NCBI RefSeq assembly: GCF_006345805.1
Contig: NC_043000.1
Location: 89,652,001 to 89,716,000 of the forward strand
Reading direction: 5' to 3'
DNA length: 64,000 nucleotides
Source of the DNA: Octopus sinensis
Taxonomy: Eukaryota
This document shows positions 14,040-28,804 of this stretch, in pieces (position 1 is the stretch's first letter; each line of letters opens with the position of its first letter). The position numbers and the translations under genes were made by a program. The notes beneath the pieces are model-generated. The model searched no databases, was not told the origin of the DNA, and saw only the letters and a list, made by a program, of their open reading frames with translations.

Positions 14040-14495
14040 CCTATCTATCTATCTATTTATCTATCTATCTATTTACGTACATATATTCGTAGTGGAATCA
14101 GCATGTGTATTATACTCCAAACGGTATAATGCTATTTTTGTTAATCTTTGAACATAGATACGAATTATAAAGATCGAACAACTTTTTTTCCCTGAGATAC
14201 TAGAAGGATACGTTTATCATTCATATATTGATCTAAATACTTTATTATCAATTCTAAAAAATTATTTAAAATATAAAAGAAAGCCTTTTGGGTAAAGAAT
14301 CGGCTTTTCTGTCGCTATTTTTAGTGCAGATATTAACGAAGTTGCATTAGTAGATGATAGCAAATCGGTTGGTTGAACACAAACCATAATTATTACTGAC
14401 TAAATATACTATTGATCAGAATGAATAATAAAATAGTATTGATATATATGTTTATTAATATCATTATTCAGATGGTTGCATATATGTATACATAC

Positions 14496-14554
<59 letters not shown>

Positions 14555-14867
14555 AATATATATATATACAAATATACATACACATACATACACATATAAA
14601 TACATACATATGTTTGTACATGTATGTATATCAGTGTATATGTATAGATATTATATGTGTATATAAATATATATATATATATATATATGCATGTAGGTAC
14701 CTATGTATGTGCGTATACGTAAATGTATTTATATGTGTATTACGTAAATGAATATATGTGCCTGTACATAAATACATGTGTGTGTATGTATATATGTGTG
14801 TGTGCGTGTGTATGTGTGTAAACATATATACATATATATATATTTTCATATTAATATCTTTATACAG

Positions 14868-14982
14868 ATGGTTGCATCTTCGATAGAAAGCATTACAAAG
14901 AGGGTGAGAAATGGAGAGATGGATGCAAATATTTCTGTGAGTGTTCCGATGGAAAGAGAGGAATATATATTTGCAAAGAAAG
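14868..14982 (+). CDS. Exon 7, VWC-like repeat 3 N-half, phase 1-2
   Basis: tatacag|...|gtaaa, 115 nt. DGCIFDRKHYKEGEKWRDGCKYFCECSDGKRGIYICKER. Confidence 0.93.
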
Positions 14983-15204
14983 GTAAATTATATACATAAG
15001 AATTGTTATCCTTCCAATTATTTCCTTTTCTTTCTTCTCTCGAGCTTGTTAGACTTTTTATTAACTTAAAATGATATTGACTACTAGACTATTCTAGTAC
15101 ACAGTGGAAACTTTTTTTAACGTTAAATAACAAACGCCATTCCTACCATTTCACTGATCTATGCACAACTAACAACACTGTACTCATATATTAAATGCTT
15201 TATA

Positions 15205-15251
<47 letters not shown>

Positions 15252-15349
15252 AAAGGTAATAATAGGCACAAAGCCTGGAATTTGGGGCATGGTGGGGGCT
15301 AATGAAGGCAATGCAACCGGTGAAAATGATGAAGGTAATTCAGCTGGTG

Positions 15350-16560
<1,211 letters not shown>

Positions 16561-17039
16561 CGCATGCAAGACTCCAGGAGCTCCAACAAAACCTGCGATA
16601 AAGAGAAAATAATTGGCACAAGGCTTGGAATTTGGGGCAGGGTAGCGGCTAGTCGATTATATTGACTTCAGGACTTGACTGGTACTTATTTCAAAGTTTG
16701 CCTTTACGGAAATAGAAATCAGAACGTATAGAACAACAAGGAAAACCACTAAGTATTTCTGCCAGCTCGCTGCTATGATGACGATGAATGCGATGAGGAG
16801 GAGGAGAAGGAGGGGAGGAGGAGTGGCGAGGAGGAAGAAGGATTTGTACATTGTCAAGATTCCAACTTTAGGTTAAATTTCAGTATTGCATTGTACAAGA
16901 ACGCAAAACATTTCCAATAAAAAACACAATTCGTATTTTGGCTTCTTAATAACAATTGTTTCTTAATTAATATGAATACCTTACTTTAATATGGGATGCA
17001 ATTAGATTATGTGACATTCGTACGAGAATACTAGTAGCA

Positions 17040-17710
17040 GAAGTATAGGGAAATTACTCAAACTATATTTCAAGGTTTGGCAGGGTTCTGCAGCCGAATT
17101 TGGTCTGTTTCTCAATACAAAGAAGACTGAATGTATGACTATCATTGAAGATGAAAGCTGCCAGCCAAATCGCTTCATCATTGACAGACAATTGAAGGAC
17201 ATCAATGAGTTCAAACACTCTGAATCCTATAACGTTGTCAGTATGAAAGACTTCCTTTCACACAACAGATATGCTAGGGCTGCCTGTAACAAGTTTTAAA
17301 GCGTCTGACAATCGAGAATTTCAAAATCAACAAGGCTTGTTTTCTTCAGTGAATCTGTAAGAACATTCTTGTTTATGGAGCAGAAAACTGAACTATGCAG
17401 AAGAAACTGCCTTGGTGGTATATACACCTTCTTACTATCAGGGTTCAAAACATCTCATGGTATAAGCGCCAGTCCAAAGAGATTTGTAAACACATATAAC
17501 TTATTATTATTGCTCAATGCAGGGTAGGCTTTATTGGCCACTACTATCATGCTGAACAGCAGGACATATCGGATGTTATATTTTTAGGCTTCCGCACTGT
17601 AACAGAGATACACAGCAAGAAATTGCGTGTCTACTATAGCTAATGGAGGACAGAGATGCCTGGTACAATGTTGTGAGACATATCCCAAATTCGGCAGCTT
17701 GGAACAAAAG
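17040..17710 (+). mobile_element. Decayed RTE-clade LINE, RT C-terminal part
   Basis: AAEFGLFLNTKKTECM..LKDINEFK.. followed by a degenerate RTE-like 3' region ending ..DRDAWYNVV. Confidence 0.55.
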
Positions 17711-19023
17711 CAGAATGTTAAAAAAGGCGTCCATGTTTTGTTTCTTTGCTTTATTTACTAAGTTAAAATAGCTTCAACTAGAAATGAAAATATGTAAATT
17801 GCGTTAGAGAATTGTTGTGCTTCATGCTCAAAAAGTAATTTAGATTTCTTTTGACTTGGTGCAAATTAAAATTTTGCTCAAGAAGAAGTGGAAGTTACTA
17901 AATCTATTTCAAGTATTTATATGGCTGCTTACCGGCTCTAGAAGGATAAATGACAAAGTTTGATGACCCACACAACAGAATTTTAATGCAGATTTCAGAG
18001 CCACGTGACTAAATATTGTAAAATATTTAACTCGATCATTTATACTGATTATAAAAAGATATTTTTAAGGCAGTATCTGGTTTAAAATCCCAACCAGGTT
18101 CTTAGACGTGACGGTAGATTAGCAGAATCGTTAGCGCACCGGAAAAAATGTCTTACGCTGTTTCGTTACGGCTCTTTACTGTTTGTGCTCAAATTCAAAT
18201 CGGGGACAACTTTGCTTTCGTCCCCCTGGCACCGTTGAAATATAAAAAACATTTACCATCAGCTTTGGTAGATATGTTTCATGTTATGTCTCTCCTCAAA
18301 GCATCAATGTAACTGAGTGATCTTCATCGTTAGCCATATCTAGCAAAGCTAACCGAGCGCTGAACAACAACAGTAAAAACCGATAGAATGAGTCCATAAA
18401 CCGTGTGCTTATTCCACGATGTGTCTTGAGCCCTCATGAGAAACCTAGTGTGTGATTTCGTTTTTGTATTTGGTCTAAAAGATTCTTTATGTGAATTCAT
18501 GTGTTGAAGCATATTTTATTGTCTGGGTTGAGTCATTCTGCTTTAATGCCTTATTAATTAACACAGTCACCTGTTAGATTTCCACTCATTTACTTATTTA
18601 TTTTTACTATAATTTTCATTGCTTCTTGCAACCTCTTCGATAGTTGATGGCTCTTAATGGCTATTGAAGAGGCGCTTGTCTCATCAAACATTAACCTCTC
18701 TCATCCCCTGTTTTAAAATCATCATTACCCTTGCTTGGGTAGATTTAATTAACTAAAACACATGCCCAAAATTTCAGTTCGTGCGTTTAATTTAGAAACA
18801 GTGGCAGTCAGGAGGCAGAGCCGTTCGAGCATCAGAGAAAATGTATTTCGCTATTTGTTCCGGAACCTTACGTACATACAAATATACACTCATTCTTAAA
18901 TCTAGAAAAATCTCCAAAATCCTAAATACTTTCGACCTCAAACATTTTGAATTCATGACTATGAAATGAAAATGTGACGTTATGTTATGATGCCTTACGC
19001 AGTATTTTCTCTTCTGTATACAG

Positions 19024-19151
19024 GTGTACAAATTTGGGAGTGATACCAAGTCACTGTGCTGCAATAAATGATCCTCATGATGACTGCTGCCGACAAATGG
19101 TCTGCACAAACATCACAGACATAATTTCACGAACAACACCAGCGGCTATAG
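19024..19151 (+). CDS. Exon 8, VWC-like repeat 3 C-half plus linker, phase 2-1
   Basis: ctgtatacag|...|gtacg, 128 nt. CTNLGVIPSHCAAINDPHDDCCRQMVCTNITDIISRTTPAAI. Confidence 0.92.
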
Positions 19152-19619
19152 GTACGTTACCGTATTATAAAGCATATTTTCTCTCGCATTACCAGTTATA
19201 TATATAATAATTTAAAGAAATCAGTGCCATTGATCTGGAAAGTTATTATTCAAGCACAAAATTTAACCTGTGTATTATTTCATTTGCTGGCATATTGATA
19301 GAACGGCAACGCTGAGTTTATTCAGAAGGAAAAGAAACTGTGTAAAGCTATTTTTATAAAGCTAATTTTGTAAGGATTTTATATAGAAATTTTTACAGAG
19401 GTTCCTATTATAAAAAGTCACGCTTCTGTTATCATCACACACAACACCAGTAATTGTCGTTTGCTTCATAATATTTGCTTGTTTCATATATTATTAAGCA
19501 AACAGTATCACTTATATGGAAAACTACAAAAGATATTACGGAAGATATAGGTTATCTACATTTCATTTAATGACATAACGTGTAGAGAAGCTTAAAATTT
19601 ACAGACATTTGAGCAATCA

Positions 19620-19940
19620 TGATATATTTATGAAGATTCTATTTATAAAAGATATATTTATGAAAGAGAGTTTTATAAAAAATACTTTTATAGAAGGTAG
19701 TTTTATAGAAGATAACTCTACAGAAGATAACTTTATGAAAAAAATCTGTACAAAATACCTTTTAAAAAATTCCTTTAAAGAAGATAGGTTTATTTTTTTT
19801 TAAAAAGTGCCTTTATAAAAAATAACTTTCCAAAATATAGCTTTATAAAAAAAATACATTTGTAAAAAAAATACCTTTATAGAAGATAACTTTATAAAAA
19901 TATCTTCATAAAAGTTTACTTCACAAATTCTCCTTTATTT
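19620..19940. repeat. Degenerate 15-bp minisatellite (AAAAATACCTTTATA-like)
   Basis: Periodic units such as aaagatatatttatg, gaaggtagttttata, gaagataactttatg, aaaaatacctttata. Confidence 0.7.
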
Positions 19941-20660
19941 TTAAAGTAATACTTTTTGATGTTTTTAATAATCAGAAAGTACAGATTGGAAAAGTCGCTA
20001 GAGCGTTGAATAGAATTCCTCGCGGTTATTTGCTTGACTTTCTGCGCTCAGAGTTCACATCCTGCCGAGGTTGCCCTTACCTTTCATTCTTCCGAATTCG
20101 ATAAAAATAGGTGGTACCTGATCTAGTCCTTTGCGTTCTTGCAGGGACTCCTGCAACGTCATAGTTGCTGAGCTGTATCGGTTTTCAGGTGACGGACTTT
20201 CATTTTGTGTCGTAGGAAAGGAAACACTTGCAAGCAGGGGTAACTGCCAATTGCTAGCATACAAATAGGTAAATAGGCCTGCGCAATGTGTGCCGATACA
20301 TAGCCTTAATAATCATGAAATACGTTGAAAGTATTCTGAAATCAATACTTAGTCTATACATTTGTATACTTGTAGACAGAGAGATCTTCAGGGATTTTAA
20401 AATATAAAACCGTCTAAACTATAAATATAAAAACAGAATCATTAGAACGTCGGATAAAATACATAAAGCGTTTTTGTTTCGGCTCTTTACGCTGAATTGT
20501 TGAAATTCTGCCGAGGCCGACTTTGCCTCTCATCCTTTTCAGGGACGATAAAATAAATACCTATGAAGAACTAGAGTCGATATAGTCGACAAGTTACTTC
20601 TCCCTAATTTTCTGATTTTGTACCTATAATAAAAAGTATGAACATTATTATTACTATTTA

Positions 20661-21090
20661 GTGAGTGATCAGTAAATGCCATCACTCACACTGGGGTGCA
20701 AATATATTAAGCCTATACACCCATCATGACTACCCGTCTGGTAAGGATACACTAGGCACATGCATCACAACCACATGTATATGACATAGTGATCTCAGGT
20801 GATCTCATATAAAGATACAAAGTGCATGACTTTGTAGGTGGAGCCCAGTTAGAATTTTCTTCAGGTCGAGTAGCCCATCCCGCACAAAACGTCCCTGAAT
20901 AAGTTTTGTTTAAGGATATTGAACGAAACACCCATGTTTCCAGGACTGAATGGCTCACATCCCAAAGAATTCCTTTCAACACATGGTTATAATGGTCCCC
21001 CACTACTTCTGTTTGTGATCAGAGATGCACATATCGTTAACCACCAAAGGACATTCTCAATTGGTTAAAGTCAAGCAACTGTACAAAAGT
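20661..21090 (-). mobile_element. Truncated, diverged copy of the ~540-bp (ATT)n-associated element
   Basis: Aligns with 61533-62078 from the GAGTGAG end and stops about 120 nt short of the other end. Flanked by ATT/CAT repeats. Confidence 0.8.
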
Positions 21091-21178
21091 ACATCATCAT
21101 TATTATAATTACTATTATTATTATTAGCAGTGGTGGTGGTTGTGGTGGTGGTGGTGGTGGTGGTAGTAGTAGTAGTAT

Positions 21179-21233
<55 letters not shown>

Positions 21234-21959
21234 TTTTCTTTGAATTTTGTTTTCATTTCTTGCCGAGTGTCTTCCTGACGCCAAGGGCAAAGAAACTCAC
21301 TGCATACATTGGTAGGCCATTAAAATAAACACACAAGATTGTTCATCTGATAGAAGAAAAAGAGAAAAAGAAAAAGGAAAAGGGGAAAGAAAGAAGGAGA
21401 AAAGTAAAAAAGAAAAAAGATAAAAAGGAAACACCAGAAGAAAAAATGAAAAATATCACAGCGACAAAGCTCTTCTCAATACGAGTAACATACTTCTTGC
21501 AGGGATGGTAAACCAGGGATAATTCTCAGATAGTTTTCATTTTCTTTTTTAATTATTCGAATCACTGGTATTGTAACCGCCTTGAGATGTTACATTTTTT
21601 AGAATTATCATCATGATTATTTTTATGTTTGGCTTCTGCTTTGTATTTGTATAAGTTGACTCCAAGTCTTACCCGAAGACCTCAAGAGACAACAAGTTAG
21701 AAGTTCAAGTTAGTGTTATCACTAGAGTGCTATATATTTGATTTTGCAAAGAACATTATTCTTGAGAATGTCTGTCAAAGCATAAATAAATCAGAAATTT
21801 TTTTTGAAGTAATTTGATTATAAGATGATAGTGTGATGTTAAGATGACACGAAAAGGTGTTTGCTATTATGTACATTTAAAAGTATTTTAACACTTTACA
21901 GATTAAAATGTTTTGGGGATTACATAGACAATATTTTACGTAGTAGGATACTATTATAA

Positions 21960-24250
21960 TTATATGTTTGACTTTTGCTTTGTATTTGTACAAGTTAGCT
22001 CCAAGCCTCACCCAGAGACCACAAGAGACAACAAGTTAGAATTTCATGTTAGTGTTATGCCTAGGGTGTCATATATTTGGTTTTGTACATAGTATTATTC
22101 TAGGGAACGGTATTAAGGCTAGATAAAAGAGTAGTGATAGAGTTATCCTGGAAAATGCCACATGAAATTCTTACATCTCCAGCATTAAGAGATTCAGTGT
22201 CACTGTTCAAAGTCAGTCTGGTTCTCCATACTTACAGACAGGAAGTTTTGCAGAGTAGGTGCTATTTTATACATGTCCAGACATTTCTTAATCCAGCTAT
22301 GTGGCAGAATATCAAAAGCATTTTTATGGTCTATCCAGGCTATTGACAAGTATTTGTGTCGTTTGTGACAATCTTCCAAGATCATGTTATTGATGAGTAG
22401 CTGATCTTTACAACCATAGGAACCACGTACGTTTACCTCCTTTTTGCTCATTAGGGAATATGCCACCTTCTATTTAAAAACTATAGGTATATTTAGTCAA
22501 GATAGATCTTAGCATTTTAGACATTGTTATTAAGCAGGTTATGTGTCTATAATTGTTTGGTTCATTTGTTTCTTCACTATTTGGAAGTAGGAATGTTACA
22601 TCATTAACTACCCAAGAGGGAATCATACTAGGTTGCTGCAAAACATTCTTGTAAAGTTTTGTTAGCAGTTCATGGCTCTCTGGGAAGGCATTCAACCAGA
22701 AGTTCGGAATGTTATCCTTTCCTGAAGACCTCCATTTGCTTGACTTCCTGGGAGCAGATCTTGCGTTCTCTGCCTTGATACCCTCCAACTTTTGCTCTTC
22801 TAAGGAGCCTAATTCTGAAGATATTCTATCAATTCAAGGGACTTTTTCATTTTGTGTGCAGCTTTAGCACATACCTTCTGCTTAATGGTTTCTATGGTGA
22901 CATCGATGTCAAATATGGTTTCCATATTAATTTTTTTTTTTTTAATTTTAGGGTCTTTTTTGGTTTGATAGTCTTTTCAAACTTAAGGCTTCTAAACATT
23001 CTGTCAGACCTAAGTAACTGAAATTGGTGTTGAATACATACGTCTTGTCAAGAAGCTTTTTTGTGGGTATGTTGTCGTGTTTTAATCTTTTCCCCCACAT
23101 AGAATCGTTGAGATTTTCGCGGATGCATAGCACAGATGGTTTCGATCTCTAATTTCAACATCATTAGCTGAAATTGTGTTTCTTCTAACATTAGCAAGTT
23201 TGTTACTGTCTATATAGGGTCTTACTTCAAGGTGTTTCTGTCTCCAGTTTGAGTAGGTTTGTGCAGTATTAAATCTATTTATGGGGAAATATATGGCATG
23301 GTAGAAGGCCATAAGAACTTCTTTATTATCTCCCCTAGACCATTTATATTTTTCATTTGGTTATTTGATGACGAGCATGGATGGCCATATGTTGGAATAT
23401 TCCAGTTGTGGGATACTTCCAGCTCGTGTGTTTCAGGAAGATTTGAACCAGAAGCTGATTTTTCGAGTCGAATCTGGTTCATCATTCGAGTACGTGGTCC
23501 TTGGTGTTCCGGTTGACGACAATTTCAGTTTCTATTTTGCTTTATTATCATTGAGGCATGATGAGCTTGGACGTTGACATTAGGGGATAGATCTGTCTGT
23601 TTAGGGTTAATTTTTTGTAGACAACACCGTCTCTGAGTTCTCTGCATGTAAGCATTGCTTGTAACGTAGCTTCTTAAGGCTAGCAGATCTGTAATCGACT
23701 GTATTTTTTTTCTGTTGATAGATTTATCTCCGGGCATAGTTTTTATGTGGTGTTCTTAAACTTATAAATTGTCCACTTATGAATAGTTCGAAAAATAAAA
23801 AAATAGTTTTGTTTTTGTTTTTCTTTTTGCTTCTTTTTTGACACGTGTTTTCATATGCGTTGATGCATGTCCTGTAAATTTCACGTAGTTGTGTAAATAA
23901 TGGGATGTATGTGTAGTCCTATGAGCATCAAAATATATATATGATTGTGTAGACATTCTAGTGTATGCGTAATTACTTAATTTATGTACTTACTGTTTTG
24001 TTCCGTTTATATTTTATAATTTGTAAACTTTCTAATGTTGATTTCGCGTGTGTTTCGCACATATTTCACTGAGACGTCGTGCATAGGAGAAACTGTGCTT
24101 TGTATGGCAGTAAGATTTCGTTTTTGTGATTATTTTCGTTACAAGACCGCTTCCTTCAAGTCTTCCACAGATTCCTTTATCCCATTCCACCGATGTTATT
24201 AGATTAGTTTAGTTTTTGAATGGTGAGTCCGGTGTAGCACATCCATATTG
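21960..24250 (-). mobile_element. R4/Dong-type LINE: 5' region and RT N-half joined to the 3' UTR (internal deletion)
   Basis: KWRSSGKDNIPNFWL..PNNYRHITCL, GCKDQLLIN..AWIDHKNAFDILPHSWI, GIFQ(G)D, then a jump near 22115 to the 3' UTR shared with 21620-21790 and 37330-37560. The 5' boundary is approximate. Confidence 0.85.
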
Positions 24251-24415
24251 TTATTCAGTGCGGGGCTCTTGTTCTTATTCAGCGCGGAGCTCCTATTCTT
24301 ATTCAGCGCAGAGTTCCTGTTCTTATTCAGCATGGAGCTCCTGTTCTTATTCAGTGCGGAGCTCCAGTTCTTATTTGGCGTAGAGCTCCTGTTATTATTC
24401 AGCGCGGAGCTCCTA
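24250..24415. repeat. 24-bp minisatellite, about 7 copies (GCGCGGAGCTCCTGTTCTTATTCA)
   Basis: Direct tandem units with no spacers, followed by a (TTG)n/(CTG)n tract. Confidence 0.9.
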
Positions 24416-24435
24416 TAACAATAATAACAATTATT

Positions 24436-24495
<60 letters not shown>

Positions 24496-25169
24496 GCTGC
24501 TGCTGCTGCTGCTGTTGTTGTTGTTGTTGTTACTACTATTGCTGTTATTATTGCTGTCGTTGGTGGAGCTGGTGTTGTTTTTGTTGTTGAAGATGTGCTG
24601 ATAATGCTTTTATTCCTGTTCTTGTTTATCTTGATGATCATGTTCTTATTTAAAGGGATGTTATTATTTTAGTTATTATTTTCAACCTGATCATCATTAC
24701 CATCATTACCATCATAATAAATCTATATACGGTGGATTGTAGAAACGATAGAGCATCGAAGAAAACATTTTTAATGTACTTGTATATGCAAGATAGTATC
24801 TATAAGAACATGACATTTCTGTAGTTGAAGCACAAGAAAATATACTTGGCTCAGGTGTAAAAAAAAGTAAGCTTTTAAATTCTACAGGGAAAATATTATT
24901 CTTGTTATAAGTTTCGACTTGGCAGCTTTGATGTCATAAAATTTATATACACTCTATTGTCTTTGAATTCCACCTTGTTCCTATACAAACTTATATATCA
25001 ATCTAGTATCTATAATTCAGAGATGTGAATTTGGGAATAGGGATGCGACAATAATTACACAACCCTCTTGTGAATGACATTATAATGTGTTGGAATATAT
25101 GTAACTGTGAGTGCGCTCGTCTCCGTACGTGTGTGTGTATGTATACACACACACAGATACACACACACA

Positions 25170-25221
<52 letters not shown>

Positions 25222-25366
25222 TGAGTAGATACGTGACGAAGTGACTGAGAAAAATTCAACTAGAGATCGGTTCAAACATGAAAATATTCTCCGTAACAAA
25301 CTGCAGTGTAAAGTTTTTTTTTCACATGTTCAAATATCTCTCAAGCATAATTGAAATTGTATTATA

Positions 25367-25585
25367 TACGAGGAGGTGCTGAAAGATTCCTGGCTTTAAG
25401 GGTATCGCGAAAGGCCTGGATGGAAGCCTAACCTTCCGGATTCTTTTACAGGGCTTAGAAAAAGTGAAGGACTGCTGCAATAAGTGTGTGAATCTCAGAG
25501 AGAATTATTTTGAATAAAATAATAATTAACTGATCCTCCTGTATTTCCTTTTACCCAAAACCATAAACTTTTCAGCATCCTCTCC

Positions 25586-25591
<6 letters not shown>
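25367..25591 (+). mobile_element. Mariner-type MITE
   Basis: Imperfect TIRs TACGAGGAGGTGCTGAAAGATTCCTGGCTTT / AAACCATAAACTTTTCAGCATCCTC. A sister copy lies in reverse orientation at 45703-45921. Confidence 0.75.
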
Positions 25592-25640
<49 letters not shown>

Positions 25641-25854
25641 TTATATATGAGGATAATATCGATATTTAAGTGTCGAAATTATCAAGTGGCCAGCATGAAA
25701 GAAATACCTTACAAAGGTAAAAAATTTTTTAACAATTAAAAATGAGGGTGTCTAAAAGACACCAACACATGGTGCGATATGAACATTAACGTGGTACTAT
25801 AGTCAGTGTTTCGACTGCTATTTCGGCATGTTGGTGTCTTTTAGACACCCTCAT

Positions 25855-25933
<79 letters not shown>

Positions 25934-26121
25934 GGTATATATATATATATATATATAGATGAGAAAGTTGGTTTGTGAAAGCACGTGGTTGAATATATAG
26001 AAAATAGTAAAAAGTGAAAAAACCACAGAAGGCTTGTTTTAAAAGGTTAAAAAATATATATTTGAGTCAATATGTCTGAAGAATGTTATCAATTTTTTTC
26101 TTACAATGACACACACACACA

Positions 26122-26197
<76 letters not shown>

Positions 26198-26717
26198 TGC
26201 GTGTGTATAGAAGTTCACCATTTACGCTAAAAACTGTTCATATATATGGGGAACCGCTTTCCTTTAATGCATGTTCCATTAGATACAATGATTATGTTCA
26301 AGTTTTATTATATTTTAAACTTTTCATATTTTCTTATTAGATTTTTACAGTTGGTTTGGAACAGTAGAGTTCCCAAATGTATGCCTGACGTTTCTAGACC
26401 TTGAGAATCTCATTATTAAGAATTCAGCTGAATATGTTAGGCTTTTGTGTTGTTCCTTATATGCTAATCGAATTCATGCAGGCTCTTCAACGGCCAGTCG
26501 TACACTCAAGATCTTTGGCCGTTATTATCGTGTTTCAGCAGTCGCGTATTGATTTGTTAATCGCTGTCAAATTTTGACCGTTAGGTTTATACGTGTATAT
26601 ATGTACGCATGTGTGTTAATAATTATGGCAAAAGTCACATGTTAATATTTTGATGCAAAACACACACTTCAGAACATGAGGCTATTGACATGAAAAATTA
26701 ATAAATCTATTGATTAA

Positions 26718-26764
<47 letters not shown>

Positions 26765-27157
26765 TGAGGACGCATGACCTAGTGGTTATGGTACTGTACA
26801 CACGATCGCGAGGTCGTGGTTCTAATTCTTAGACCGGACTTGAGCAAAACACTTCATCTTATGGTGCGTCCTCTGCGATCACTTCGACACCTGACGTGTG
26901 GAGGCGTCCACCTGTTTAGGCAAATGTCGATTTGGTGGAGGGAATGAGTTAATATAAGTCACATAACCAAATCCTTTGTGCAGCAGGTAGTTCTACAAAA
27001 ACTGAACGCTCATAAGTCATATTCGATGGGACAGTCCATCGTATACATACATACATACATACATACATACATTCATATTCATTCAGTAACTGTATCGTAT
27101 AATGTTTTTGACGTTAAAATACCTTCTGCTCATGGCAATCAATGTTTCTCTGGACAG

Positions 27158-27272
27158 GGAAGTGTTACTACAAAGGCCAGTCGTATACTAAAGGTCAGAC
27201 TTGGGAAGATGGATGCAGTTTGATATGTACATGTGAAGATGACACTACCGGTTATTACAGCTGTATTGACAG
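27158..27272 (+). CDS. Exon 9, VWC-like repeat 4 N-half, phase 1-2
   Basis: ctctggacag|...|gtgagt, 115 nt. GKCYYKGQSYTKGQTWEDGCSLICTCEDDTTGYYSCIDR. Confidence 0.93.
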
Positions 27273-28235
27273 GTGAGTATTCACTGCGTATTTACTGCTT
27301 ACGTTTCTGGACACTACGTAGACTCATATATAAGTGTCTCTACATCACACCGACATCGCCTGTACGAACGATATTTAGAATAAGACACAGTAGAACTAGT
27401 GGTATTATATATATATATTATATATATATATATAATATATATATATTATATATATATACATATATACATATATAAGACACAAACACACACACACATATAT
27501 ATAAGTAATATTTATCGCCACATCAATATTGCTGTTCGATGTCACTTACATGTTTAAGCCCAGGAAGAGCCCCTGTTGAGAACGTGGTAGTAACGTGGAA
27601 CAGCTATATATATATGTGGCGACTAACATTACTTCTCAGCATAGTTACCACTTTCACCTCTTATAGAGGCTCTCTAACTAGCTACTTTGCTTGTCATATA
27701 TACAGGGTGCGATTGGTAAGTATCGCCATTTTATATCTTATATTTTTAATTTTGCGAATGCGCATTGTTTGCTTTTGATTTTATTGACTATACAGTATAG
27801 TAGGGGCAGTTGGGCACAATCTGTGAGAAAAACAGCACAATGACGCTGAAGAGGAAGACTTGTACTTACTATAGGTTGAACAATTCCCACAAGGTGTTCT
27901 ATCTGACGATTGTGCCAAATCACTGCCATGAACTGGTAATATATACAGTCACTTTATCTTCTTTATATTAAAGCTATCCATCAAAGTGTTATCAACCTTA
28001 CTTGAAAGCAGAGAACAATCGATCGTATCGCTCCTATCGTAGAGTGATATTCATTTTAACGGTCCCAGAATAATATAAAATGAATGTCCCTCGGCGGGAT
28101 TTGAACTCAGAAGATAAAGAATTAATCTCTGTAAAGCAATTTTTCTGATATTCTAACGTGGATTCTTAACGATATTTTGCTTTACATTTACGTGTTTGTA
28201 TTATATAATATATAATATTTATATATATCTGGTAT

Positions 28236-28309
<74 letters not shown>

Positions 28310-28804
28310 CATATAAATATTTATATCTGTCACATGATCAACAATATTTATGTGGATTTGCGTAGAGTGCCGAGTCTAAATCATTTCTTTGCCATGACCG
28401 CTGCACAACTGCTAATATTTGCTTAATTTAGAAGATACTGTAGAGATTTGTTCAGTTAAATGGAAAATTTCACCGGAATCTGGACAAGATGCCAATCAAT
28501 ATCTTATCGAAGTCTAAAATGTAAGGAATTATTAGGAAATAATTCATTCAACCTTTTACTATTTAGTCTGGTATGGTTCAAATCTTCAACCATCTTTGAT
28601 CACAATTTATAATTAATTAGTAGTGATTAAGTATAATTTCATTTTATTATTTTCATTGATTAATTATTAATTATCCATGAACCATGTAAACGATAAGAAA
28701 TCTTTTAGTATTAAATAGGTGAATAAATTGTAATAAACATTAATTAATGCATTGACAGTCGGATTTGGATAGGTATTTAGTAGGATAGGAAAACGATAGC
28801 TTCA

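Noticed and set aside
24250-24415. CRISPR-like array
   Set aside because: The units are directly adjacent with no unique spacers, and the context is eukaryotic with no cas genes.
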